From Nostoc sp. PCC 7120 = FACHB-418 (GTDB taxonomy: Bacteria > Cyanobacteriota > Cyanobacteriia > Cyanobacteriales > Nostocaceae), in NCBI RefSeq assembly GCF_000009705.1, contig NC_003270.1, positions 1 to 32,000 of the forward strand: a stretch of DNA of 32,000 nt. Reading direction: 5' to 3'. Both the position numbers and the translations under genes were made by a program. Position 1 is the first letter of the stretch. Every line of letters starts with the position of its first letter. Shown here in pieces: positions 8,828 through 17,058 of the stretch. The notes beneath the pieces were generated by a model. It was not told where the DNA came from, ran no database searches, and saw only the letters and a list, made by a program, of their open reading frames with translations.

Positions 8828-9880
8828 ATGACAGATTTGGCAGAAATGCCCGAAAATGCCCTTCCGAGGCATCAGGGTACACTCACGCTGATTGCAGGTT
8901 ACGACCTCGGTAACTCTGGCGTTAAGTTCGTTACATCAGACCGAAAAATCAGGTTTCCAAGTTATTTAGAGAATTGCTACTACCGTCCCACCGAACTACC
9001 AACCGAGGGTTATGTAGAGTACCTAGAAGGAGACGCAATCACCAAACTAGACTACAAACAGTGGTTGTCAGGTTATGCTGCTTACGACGCAAACCCCAAA
9101 AACCACCTGCGAGTGACTGACGATGCTACCGCTAAAGTTACTCAATCGCTCAAACACCTATTAGCAGCACTATCAAACTATCCCTATAAGCCAGTAATTA
9201 ACCTAATTATCTGTGCCTCCTTACATGAGCGAGGAGATTTAGAGGAACAGTTGATTGATGCCATTGCAGGTAAACACATCGTCAAATTTGGTGGGAAGCC
9301 CATACCAACAACAGTCAACATTCATGTTTTGAAAGTCTACGACGAAGGACACGCCGCCATAGCAGCTAACGCTCATACACTGGACACCAGCAAACAGAAC
9401 GTGATTGTAGATATTGGCAATCGCACAGTCATAGCCACTTTAATCGGGCAGAAAGGACATTTAGCCAACCGTAAAACCTTTGATAACGGGGTTGAGGAAT
9501 TAATCAGAATGATTTCCGTCAACCCAACATTTAAGAACCGATTATACGGAGAAATAGCAATACCTCACCTAATTCGTCAGGGGTTAGAGAGTAGTGAAAA
9601 ACCGTTTTGGTATGGTAAACAATTCAGTTTTGAAGATGTCTACCGTCAGGAATTAATGCCTTGGGTACAGAAGTCACTAGCACCAGTTTTTAAATTCATT
9701 CACCCGTGGAAGATAAACGCCGATGCTTGCTTAATTATTGGCGGAGGTTCACAGTTACCAAGTGTTGATGAGGCATTAAAAGCCAAAGGATTTGTAATAG
9801 CAGAAAACCCATTATGGGCAAATGCAGAGGGGTTATACCAACTAGCAACAATGATGTATTCGAGGGGAATAGATGAGTAA
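8828..9880 (+). CDS. parM: ParM/StbA-type actin-like plasmid segregation ATPase
   Basis: Actin-fold motifs are present: 'IAGYDLGNSGVKFV' (phosphate 1), 'VIVDIGNRTV' (phosphate 2), 'LIIGGGSQL' (adenosine). ATG start with 'agaggg' upstream. Confidence 0.8.
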   Translation: MTDLAEMPENALPRHQGTLTLIAGYDLGNSGVKFVTSDRKIRFPSYLENCYYRPTELPTEGYVEYLEGDAITKLDYKQWLSGYAAYDANPKNHLRVTDDATAKVTQSLKHLLAALSNYPYKPVINLIICASLHERGDLEEQLIDAIAGKHIVKFGGKPIPTTVNIHVLKVYDEGHAAIAANAHTLDTSKQNVIVDIGNRTVIATLIGQKGHLANRKTFDNGVEELIRMISVNPTFKNRLYGEIAIPHLIRQGLESSEKPFWYGKQFSFEDVYRQELMPWVQKSLAPVFKFIHPWKINADACLIIGGGSQLPSVDEALKAKGFVIAENPLWANAEGLYQLATMMYSRGIDE

Positions 9881-10088
9881 CGAAAGCATAAGAGTAGTAA
9901 TTAGAAAGCCGTTTCATCCAATGCTTAAACAGCTATCAGAACAACTAAATATTGATGATTACGGCGAATTAGTCAACTACATACTTTTGGAGTTCCAACG
10001 ACGCGGCGGTGAATTTTCCGAGTCAGTTGAAATGCCTAGCAAAAAGGTTGAATCATCTCTGGCTAACAAATTAGCAGCAATGTTTTGA
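9873..10088 (+). CDS. Small RHH-like protein in the parR position (ParR-like adaptor candidate)
   Basis: Its ATG overlaps the end of parM by 8 nt. 'IRVVIRKPF' strand then 'HPMLKQLSEQLNI'/'GELVNYILLEF' helices. The call rests on position and fold pattern only. Confidence 0.55.
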   Translation: MSNESIRVVIRKPFHPMLKQLSEQLNIDDYGELVNYILLEFQRRGGEFSESVEMPSKKVESSLANKLAAMF

Positions 10089-10093
10089 TAAGC

Positions 10094-10360
10094 ATGAACA
10101 ACTTAAATAGAGTCTATGACAGCACAATTCTAAGCACCAAAAAGGTGTACCAGATAGACAGAACCTTGTATCAATACCTGTACCAAACAGGCACAATCCA
10201 AGCACCACAATTTATTTTCCGCCCACTAGCAGGACAAAGAAAGAAAGCGGATTTGAAACTGAATCACAAAGCTTTAACTAATCGTTGTTATGAGGTAGAA
10301 GGCGCAACTACAAAGAGTTCTGTACTCAGCCAAGAATCATTGCAATTATCAATATTTTGA
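10094..10360 (+). CDS. Hypothetical protein
   Basis: The first ATG is at 10094 (the track starts at TTG 10085). It directly abuts the previous stop and lies within the co-directional operon. No family recognised. Confidence 0.45.
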   Translation: MNNLNRVYDSTILSTKKVYQIDRTLYQYLYQTGTIQAPQFIFRPLAGQRKKADLKLNHKALTNRCYEVEGATTKSSVLSQESLQLSIF

Positions 10361-10371
10361 TGAGGTGAATT

Positions 10372-10569
10372 ATGCAGAATCAACCACTACAAGAATTAGT
10401 TGCACAAGCCCAAGAATTACTGTCAGCAATTCGTCAGCATCCACAATATCAAGCACTACAAATTGACGCAGATGTCACCCTCGGTGATGTCACTCAATTT
10501 TTCAATACTCTGCAATGGTCAGCAACATCTGACGCTGTGGACACAACTAGAGAAGGGTTTTTTCAGTGA
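10372..10569 (+). CDS. Hypothetical small helical protein
   Basis: ATG preceded by 'gaggtg' at a suitable distance; 65 aa. The overlapping +2 ORF 10400-10705 is less likely. Confidence 0.5.
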   Translation: MQNQPLQELVAQAQELLSAIRQHPQYQALQIDADVTLGDVTQFFNTLQWSATSDAVDTTREGFFQ

Positions 10570-10653
10570 TGGGGAGAGCGATTGCAATGATTGGCCGTCG
10601 GTGCAATCGCCCACCAGTGCATCGGGTACATACACTACAAGGATCTTAGCAAG

Positions 10654-10824
10654 ATGGACAGCAAATATTATCTCTGTGAGGCAGAGAATACCGATGAGGG
10701 AGTAAACAAGGTTACGCCCTACGACAAACCAGAAGAAGCATTAGAAGCCGCATCTAATAGCACCGCCAAAGTGCATTTCATCAGCACAGTAAACCCTTTG
10801 GCTGTTGATGAGGAGGAAGAGTAA
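10654..10824 (+). CDS. Hypothetical small acidic protein
   Basis: ATG at 10654 with 'aagga' upstream (the track starts at TTG 10591). Its stop overlaps the next ATG as TAATG at 10822-10826. Confidence 0.45.
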   Translation: MDSKYYLCEAENTDEGVNKVTPYDKPEEALEAASNSTAKVHFISTVNPLAVDEEEE

Positions 10825-11540
10825 TGGATCATGGCATTGCAGTAATTAACCCAGTAGCAGGGCATTCCAGCCATATTGACGAAAAAGCCCAAACTTGGGG
10901 AGGGTTTGAGGCTGATATCTTGGGCTATTTGGGAGACATTAACAAGCTTGAGCAGTTCGCAGATTACGCCAACAACGCCCTTGAACTGGCAGAACGTTTA
11001 GATCCGTTTCTAGAAAATGCCCGTAGTGCTTTTGAGGCATTGCAGAAGCTAACTACGGGTCAGGTAACTTGGACAGAACTTCGTAAGCAATACGGCTCTC
11101 ATGTCGCCAACGCTATCAACAAAATTAGGGTTCTAAATGCTCAATTTGATAGTGAAATGCAGCAGCTTGACGCGAAAGACCGAGCCGAACTACTGAAAAT
11201 TGACCAAAAACGGCAACACGGACTAGCAGAGATAGCCGCACAGTTACACGTTGATTTACAAGCTGAACTGTTTAGGCATCAAAACAAACTGACTGGGATT
11301 GAGAACAGACAACAAGTCCAAACCGAACGCCAAACAATCACCGCCGGATTAAGGGAGAAGCGCCAAGCATTACTGAATCGTGCCAAGTATGGCAGTACAG
11401 GAAATGACCAACAACCACGGGAACAGATACCCGTTACTGTGCAAGCTTCCCCAGCAGCAAGTAGTGTTTCTGCCTCTGGCACAGTTCGCGGGTTTGGCTC
11501 CTTCCTGGGGAATTTGTGGCAACGACTGGGCGATCGCTGA
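10824..11540 (+). CDS. Coiled-coil protein of unknown function
   Basis: 238 aa and long heptad-like helical stretches (e.g. 'LDAKDRAELLKIDQKRQHGLAEIAAQLHVDLQAELFRHQNKL'). Start coupled to the upstream ORF. Confidence 0.65.
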   Translation: MDHGIAVINPVAGHSSHIDEKAQTWGGFEADILGYLGDINKLEQFADYANNALELAERLDPFLENARSAFEALQKLTTGQVTWTELRKQYGSHVANAINKIRVLNAQFDSEMQQLDAKDRAELLKIDQKRQHGLAEIAAQLHVDLQAELFRHQNKLTGIENRQQVQTERQTITAGLREKRQALLNRAKYGSTGNDQQPREQIPVTVQASPAASSVSASGTVRGFGSFLGNLWQRLGDR

Positions 11541-11573
11541 CAACTGACAACCAATAGTTAGGGACTAAGGCTG

Positions 11574-12113
11574 ATGTTAGTAAAACGACAACCACAGCAA
11601 ACTAACGTCAGCCCTTTTTTGTATGAAGGGCTGGCCACAACTCCACAACAACAGCAGCAAGCACAACAACCCCCACAACAAGCACTCCCGCCAGAGTCTA
11701 ACTTTGGCAGAGGCTTGAGAAGGGCGGGAAATGCCTGTGAGATTATCGCTGGCAGTTGCTTGAATAGCGGTGTTATTTTCACTTTCCACCTTCTACAAGT
11801 TCACCCTGTTGGCTTTGTGTTGGCCTTGGGAGTTTCACATTTCTACTTGTCAGCAACCGCCGCCGGGGAAGGTAAAGACCGTTTCGCTACCAATGTAATG
11901 ACTGGGGCTAGTGCTTCACTATCCTTACTATGTGCATTGTCTGAACCGATAGCCGAGTGGTATGAGGCGCAAGTTTCCAACACTATTGCCGCAGATGTGA
12001 GGCGCGAATTGTATGAACCTAAGCAAGCTCCTGACTCTGGACTCATGACCATTGGTGCGATCGCATTTGGGCTAGTGGTTCTATTTCTATTTTTTGGCGG
12101 GAGGAGAAAATGA
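11574..12113 (+). CDS. Membrane protein with a Q-rich N-terminus
   Basis: 'TPQQQQQAQQPPQQ' then about 3 hydrophobic segments (VGFVLALGVSHFYL, GASASLSLLCAL, TIGAIAFGLVVLFLFF). Its stop overlaps the next start (ATGA at 12110-12113). Confidence 0.6.
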   Translation: MLVKRQPQQTNVSPFLYEGLATTPQQQQQAQQPPQQALPPESNFGRGLRRAGNACEIIAGSCLNSGVIFTFHLLQVHPVGFVLALGVSHFYLSATAAGEGKDRFATNVMTGASASLSLLCALSEPIAEWYEAQVSNTIAADVRRELYEPKQAPDSGLMTIGAIAFGLVVLFLFFGGRRK

Positions 12114-13876
12114 ATTATTTAAGTGATAGGCATCGGGAATTAGCACAGAGTCAGCAATCAGGTTTAATGGCTTGGTTTGGTCAACTGCCCTTTGACCGCA
12201 AAGCCGCCGCAATTGGTCTTAGTCTTACCCTTGGCGTAACTTGTGCTGGCATGGCATGGAGAGGGACAGCATCGGACAGGATTTATTTCTGCATCCGTAC
12301 CCCAGGCAATGGTTTGAAATGTGCTGATGACAATAACCGACCTTTCAGGATGACCCCTTACTACTGGGAAGAGTGGCAACAGCGAGGGATGCCAGCAGAG
12401 GTTGTAAGAGATGCGGCGACGGGCGTTAATGGGCTAGTCAGGGCAAGCAATCCAAGCAAACCTTTTTTTGCTACAGGTGCATTTTTGGGTTTTGCGCTGG
12501 CTGGTTGGATGTTACGCCATTGCCAGCATGAGGTTAAGCAATTGGCAGTATTTGAGGATATCGCACAGAAACGAGATGTACTAGAGGCTAGTAGGGACGT
12601 AATGATTGCTGAGGTTGAACTGCAAGCAGACTTAGAACTGGCTGCAAATAACCGAGTAGTGGAGATTCAACAGGCGGAGATTTTAGGCGAAACAGAACTG
12701 GCGATCGCCAAATTAGAAGCAGATGACGCACTGTTTGATGCACAAACCGCAGGCATGACACCAGAACAGAAAGCCGAGTACATCAAGTTTTTGAGAGATA
12801 CTAAAACGCCTTATTTACAAGGCACTCAGACTCTACAGGGTACAGTTGACCCAAGCGACAAAGTTACCGCCGCCCAGGAGCAACCAGCGATCGCACCCAA
12901 CGGCAATACAGCATGGGTACAAAACTTAGTCAAACAAACTGCCCTGATTTGGGGGAACCAAGGCGGCGGTAAATCTTGGCTGACCCGTTACGTTGTTAAA
13001 CAGAAAAAACAAGCAGGCTACAGGGTGATTGTGCTTGACCCCGACAGTAACCGTGCAGAATGGCGAGGAGTTGAAAGTTACCATTCTTGGGACGAGATTG
13101 AACAGCAGATCCGTGACTACGTTAAAGAACTGGAACAACGGTTGAAAACTTTTAATAATTCCTCTATGAGTGAGGAGCAATGGCGGCAGAAACTTTGGGC
13201 ATCCGGTAAAGCAACCGCCCTAATTTGTGAGGAAGTAACCACCTACGGCGACTGCATTAAAGATGCAGAATTATTGGAAAAATTCGGCAAGCTGGCACTT
13301 ACTAAAAGTCGTAAACAAGAGATGCCTTTAACTGTGGTTGCTCACAACAATACCCAGACTTGTTTATTCGGAATAAAAGGCTTACATAATCTCGTTTCTA
13401 AGATGCTTCAGGTTGAATGTTTGGCTGAAGTAGATCCAGTTACACTACAGCCAAAATCTACAGGTAGAGCTAAGGTAAAACTCGATAGTTCTAACGAATG
13501 GCTTGATGTTATTCTGCCGAGTTTGACAGCCAAAATATCTGATTTTAGTGACACAGTAACACCAGCATCTAATCCAATTCCACCCATAGATAAAGCCACA
13601 TTAGAACGCATTTATGAACTGGAATTTAATATCTGTGGCAAGGCTGGTGATACCCCCAATGAAAAAAATAAGCTATCACCAATGGCTCAAAAATTGTATG
13701 AATATCTCACCAGAACTGAACGAATAGAGGCTGATGTAAGAGACTTCAAGGGCAACTTTAAAGTAAACGGTGAGAGATTCACTGTAGAGCAAATCAAAGG
13801 TTGGATGTATGAAATTGTTGGAGCATCTTTAGCAGACTGGATAGGCGAGGGTGTTATCAAGCTTAATCAAATTTGA
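12110..13876 (+). CDS. Membrane-anchored P-loop NTPase (FtsK/TraG-like DNA-transfer or coupling ATPase candidate)
   Basis: Two N-terminal hydrophobic segments, a coiled coil, Walker A 'GNQGGGKSW', then 'RVIVLDPD' and 'ALICEEV'. RBS 'ggaggag' upstream. Exact family not recognised. Confidence 0.8.
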   Translation: MNYLSDRHRELAQSQQSGLMAWFGQLPFDRKAAAIGLSLTLGVTCAGMAWRGTASDRIYFCIRTPGNGLKCADDNNRPFRMTPYYWEEWQQRGMPAEVVRDAATGVNGLVRASNPSKPFFATGAFLGFALAGWMLRHCQHEVKQLAVFEDIAQKRDVLEASRDVMIAEVELQADLELAANNRVVEIQQAEILGETELAIAKLEADDALFDAQTAGMTPEQKAEYIKFLRDTKTPYLQGTQTLQGTVDPSDKVTAAQEQPAIAPNGNTAWVQNLVKQTALIWGNQGGGKSWLTRYVVKQKKQAGYRVIVLDPDSNRAEWRGVESYHSWDEIEQQIRDYVKELEQRLKTFNNSSMSEEQWRQKLWASGKATALICEEVTTYGDCIKDAELLEKFGKLALTKSRKQEMPLTVVAHNNTQTCLFGIKGLHNLVSKMLQVECLAEVDPVTLQPKSTGRAKVKLDSSNEWLDVILPSLTAKISDFSDTVTPASNPIPPIDKATLERIYELEFNICGKAGDTPNEKNKLSPMAQKLYEYLTRTERIEADVRDFKGNFKVNGERFTVEQIKGWMYEIVGASLADWIGEGVIKLNQI

Positions 13877-13884
13877 CTGCGATT

Positions 13885-14047
13885 GGTGTCTAGTGTCTAG
13901 CCCCAAAAACGCGCTTTTTTCGCGGACACAGGACACCAGACACCACAGACACTAAACCCTAAAACCTTTATACAGCATAGACACCAGCAGACACTAGACC
14001 AGACACCACCCAGACACCAAGTGTCTAATACGTGTCCGCTAGACACC
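13885..14047. repeat. Dense iteron array of about 14 copies of the 6-7 bp motif (A/G)GACAC(C/T), in both orientations
   Basis: Inverted copies are at 13886, 13894, 14021 and 14032. Direct copies are at 13924, 13931, 13938, 13947, 13979, 13989, 14001, 14012 and 14041, plus a partial copy at 13996. Confidence 0.85.
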
Positions 14048-14100
14048 AATAATAAATCCCCCAATAAATAGCCATTTATTATTAAAGGATTATCAACATC

Positions 14101-14772
14101 ATGCTGAGAATAGTAATTGTTGAACCAGAAACATTCACGCTCTTAGGCTTCAAAGCGGCTATTGAACAATCTCCTGATATAGAAGTTACAGGGTCAGCCA
14201 CCAGTGGAAAGATAGGTTTTCAGTTAATTGAACAAGTAAATCCAGATGTTGTGTTAGTTGATTTACTATTACCGGACATGAGCGGTTTAGAACTCACTCG
14301 TTCAATTAAAAGAAATACTAATAGTAAAGTGGTGATTTTTACTAATGAGACTCATTCAGACTTTATTAACTCGGCTTTCCGTCATGGTGCTGATTCTTAT
14401 ATGCTCAAGAGTGCTGATGTAGAATTGATTGAACTAGCCATCAAGAGAGCTTACTTTGATGAATGTCTACTTGACCCAAAGCTGGCTAAAAAACTGTTAG
14501 AAAGCCTTTATCAAAATAGATATATTGACCCCACCTTCGTTGATAAAAACTTGATAGATCCGCCTACCGAGCGCCAAATACAAGTCCTGCGTTTACTGGC
14601 TCAGGGTTTAGTTTTTCAAGATATTGCCAAAGAAATGTTTCTGTCTGTTAGTACGGTCAAACAATATGCCAGTGATTTGTACAGTAAATGGCACGTCAAG
14701 AACCGTTATGAGGCGATAAAAAGAGGGGCGATGCTTGGTTATATCGACTATAACTTGATTGTGAATGAATGA
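14101..14772 (+). CDS. NarL/FixJ (LuxR-type HTH) response regulator, orphan
   Basis: The receiver has a phospho-acceptor context 'VVLVDLLLPDMSG', 'VVIFT' and 'YMLKS'. The C-terminal 'TERQIQVLRLLAQGLVFQDIAKEMFLSVSTVKQYASDLYSKW' is a LuxR HTH. Confidence 0.85.
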   Translation: MLRIVIVEPETFTLLGFKAAIEQSPDIEVTGSATSGKIGFQLIEQVNPDVVLVDLLLPDMSGLELTRSIKRNTNSKVVIFTNETHSDFINSAFRHGADSYMLKSADVELIELAIKRAYFDECLLDPKLAKKLLESLYQNRYIDPTFVDKNLIDPPTERQIQVLRLLAQGLVFQDIAKEMFLSVSTVKQYASDLYSKWHVKNRYEAIKRGAMLGYIDYNLIVNE

Positions 14773-14922
14773 TGTATTGGTGAGGAGAGTGGAATGATTA
14801 AGTCTGGGATTGAAGCATAAAAACTGGCTGTAACAAAAGAGAATCGCTTTAAAACGTTGTAATTACGCAATTTTTCGTGGTATATCTGTATCCAAAAAGA
14901 AATTTGTATACAGCACCCAGCC

Positions 14923-16962
14923 ATGCCCCAGGACTTCTCCGGCCAAAATCTTCGTGGGCGCAACTTCAAAGGACAAGACCTTGCGGGTGCAAACTTTAGC
15001 TATGCCGACATTCGAGGGGCAAACTTTAGCGGTGCTAACTTGATAGGGGCAAACTTTACTCTTGCCAAAGCCGGACTGCGACGACGTTGGGTGATTGGTT
15101 TAGTTATTGTCTCGTTCTTATTGTCGAGACTGTCAGGATATCTCTGTGCTTTTAATGGTTATTTAGTGTCGCTGATATTTAGTTTGTCCACTGATAACCT
15201 GATTATCGGCTGGGTTGCTTTAATTATATTGATTCCTTTCTACTTCATAACCATTCGTCAAGGATTCACAGCTGGTTTTGGATATCTCGCCGTCGCTTTC
15301 GCCGTCGCCGTCGCCGTCGCTTTCGCCGGAGCCGGAGGCGTCGCTTTCGCCGTCGCTTTCGCTTTCGCTGGAGCCGGAGGCGTCGCTTTCGCCGTCGCCG
15401 GAGCCGGAGCCGTTGCCGTCGCCGTCGCCTTCGCCGTCGCTTTCGCCGTCGCCGGAGCCTTCGCCGGAGCCGTTGCCGTCGCCGTCGCCTTCGCTTTCGC
15501 CGTCGCCGGAGCCCTCACCTTCGCTGGAGCCTTTGCCTTCGCCAGAGCCTTCGCCGTCGCTGTCGCCGTCACCGAAATGTTACTGAGCATTTACATTGCT
15601 TGGCAAGCCATGAAAGGAAACGAAAAATATTCTCTAGTTCGCAACATTGCGATTGCCTTTGCTGCAACAGGAGGTACAAGTTTTCGTGGCGCTGACTTAA
15701 CCAGTGCTGATTTCACCCAAGCCACACTCAAAAGTACAGATTTGAGAAACACAATCCTTACTAATACCCATTGGCATCAAGCCAAAATGCTTGACCGTGT
15801 TCGCCCTGGCTCGACTTATCTTCAAAATCCACAAATACGTCAACTGCTGGTTACAGGACAGGGACAGGACAAAAACTTTGACGGTCAAATTCTGCGAGGT
15901 ATCAATTTACAAAAAGCTAACCTAGCAGATGCCAGCTTTATTGGTGCTGACCTCAGTGAAGCCAATTTGCAAGATGCCGATTTGTCAAGGGCAAAGCTAA
16001 AGCAAACCCAACTAGACGGCACAGATTTAACAGGTGCAACACTCACCGGAGCTTTCATTGAAGATTGGGGGATTACAAATACAACTAAATTGCATGGGGT
16101 GAGGTGTGAATATGTCTTCATGCGCTTACCCACTGCATATAACCCCGACCCCCTCCGCAAACCTGATAATAATAAAGAAGTGTTTGCAGACGGTGATTTT
16201 GGCGAATTTATTAAACCAATTTTTGATACACTCGACCTCTACCATAACCAAAATGTTGACCCCAGAGCGATCGCAATTTCGTTTAAGCAGTTAGCAGAAA
16301 ATCACCCGGCAGCCGAACTAGAAATTGTGGCAATGGAGAAACGGGGACAGGATAAGTTTTTACTTCGCGCTAAAACCGCAGCTAGGGCTGACAAGTCTCA
16401 ACTGAGTGCAGAATATTTTGATAGTTATAATCAGCTTAAAGGTTTACCAGAGAGAGAAATTAAATTATTGCTGGCAGAGAAAGAAAATCAAATCCGCAGA
16501 TTAGAAAATATGGTAATGACGGCACTTGAGCGTCCTAGTTTTTATTCAAACACCCAAATAGAAAAGGTAAATACAATGACTAATAATCCTGGTGGAATTT
16601 CTCAAAATGTAAGTGGCGGTAGTGTGTATGGTGGGATGCAAGCAGCACAGGGTAATAATAACGTGCAAACTTCAACCACTTATTCTTCACCAGAACAAAA
16701 ACAAAATCTTGCAGAAGCCGCAGCAGAAATTCAGCAATTACTAGAGCAATTAAGCCAGTCTTATCCTACCAATACCAACTCTGAAAAAATGGTATTTGCA
16801 ATAGAAGCCAAGAAACACGTCGAAAATAACCCAACTTTAATGAAGAAAATAATTAGTGCTTTAGAGGCAGGTAGTACGGCTGCTCTAGAACAACTTCTTA
16901 GTCATCCCGCAGCAAGTTTTGTAATTGGAGCCTTCGAGGATTTCAAAAATAACTCCAAGTAA
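14923..16962 (+). CDS. Pentapeptide-repeat membrane protein with an A/V/F/G low-complexity TM region and a C-terminal Q/N/G motif module
   Basis: Pentapeptide repeats occur at the N-terminus ('GANFSYADIRGANFSGANLIGANF') and centrally ('LRGINLQKANLADASFIGADLSEANLQDADLSRAKL'). A hydrophobic block lies at about aa 55-230. 'MTNNPGGISQNVSGGSVYGGMQAAQGNNNVQ' is encoded at nt 16576-16668. Confidence 0.85.
   Translation: MPQDFSGQNLRGRNFKGQDLAGANFSYADIRGANFSGANLIGANFTLAKAGLRRRWVIGLVIVSFLLSRLSGYLCAFNGYLVSLIFSLSTDNLIIGWVALIILIPFYFITIRQGFTAGFGYLAVAFAVAVAVAFAGAGGVAFAVAFAFAGAGGVAFAVAGAGAVAVAVAFAVAFAVAGAFAGAVAVAVAFAFAVAGALTFAGAFAFARAFAVAVAVTEMLLSIYIAWQAMKGNEKYSLVRNIAIAFAATGGTSFRGADLTSADFTQATLKSTDLRNTILTNTHWHQAKMLDRVRPGSTYLQNPQIRQLLVTGQGQDKNFDGQILRGINLQKANLADASFIGADLSEANLQDADLSRAKLKQTQLDGTDLTGATLTGAFIEDWGITNTTKLHGVRCEYVFMRLPTAYNPDPLRKPDNNKEVFADGDFGEFIKPIFDTLDLYHNQNVDPRAIAISFKQLAENHPAAELEIVAMEKRGQDKFLLRAKTAARADKSQLSAEYFDSYNQLKGLPEREIKLLLAEKENQIRRLENMVMTALERPSFYSNTQIEKVNTMTNNPGGISQNVSGGSVYGGMQAAQGNNNVQTSTTYSSPEQKQNLAEAAAEIQQLLEQLSQSYPTNTNSEKMVFAIEAKKHVENNPTLMKKIISALEAGSTAALEQLLSHPAASFVIGAFEDFKNNSK
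15289..15573. repeat. Imperfect tandem hexanucleotide-type repeat (GCCGTC/GCTTTC/GCCGGA units) inside the pentapeptide protein gene
   Basis: Encodes (A-F/V/G)n. Higher-order repeats are visible, e.g. 'ttcgc[c/t]ggagccggaggcgtcgctttcgccgtcgc' twice. Several frames on both strands are open, which explains the track ORFs 15258-15590(-) and 15278-15586(+). Confidence 0.85.
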
Positions 16963-16981
16963 ATATTAACCTCAATAGAAA

Positions 16982-17022
16982 ACACCAAACGAGTTTAGAA
17001 GAGTCTTTGCTGCGTTTGGTGT
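16982..17022 (+). terminator. Stem-loop after the pentapeptide protein gene (weak terminator candidate)
   Basis: Perfect 10-bp inverted repeat 16982-16991/17013-17022 ('acaccaaacg'/'cgtttggtgt'). The loop is long (21 nt) and there is no strong T-tract. Confidence 0.3.
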
Positions 17023-17058
17023 GAAAAATATTTGATATATTGCTATGAAATTTTTACT

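Noticed and set aside
10400-10705. 101-aa + strand ORF overlapping 10372-10569 and 10591-10824
   Set aside because: It is out of frame with two ORFs that fit the coupled operon structure better (RBS at 10372; TAATG coupling at 10824).
11558-11789. Two minus-strand ORFs (74 and 70 aa), one with a striking Cys-rich run (CCGGCCACCCCCG)
   Set aside because: They are the antisense reading of the CAA/CAG-rich (poly-Q) 5' part of the 11574-12113 gene. The Cys run is a complement artefact.
13885-14047. Possible CRISPR array
   Set aside because: The repeat units are only 6-7 bp, occur in both orientations, and have 0-5 bp between them. There are no spacer-sized unique segments and no cas genes.
15258-15590. 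Track ORFs on the minus strand (110 aa, 'ATAKA' repeats) and in another + frame (15278-15586, 'SPSPS' repeats)
   Set aside because: Both lie entirely within the hexanucleotide repeat of the pentapeptide protein gene. The repeat keeps several frames open, so they are artefacts of repeat composition.
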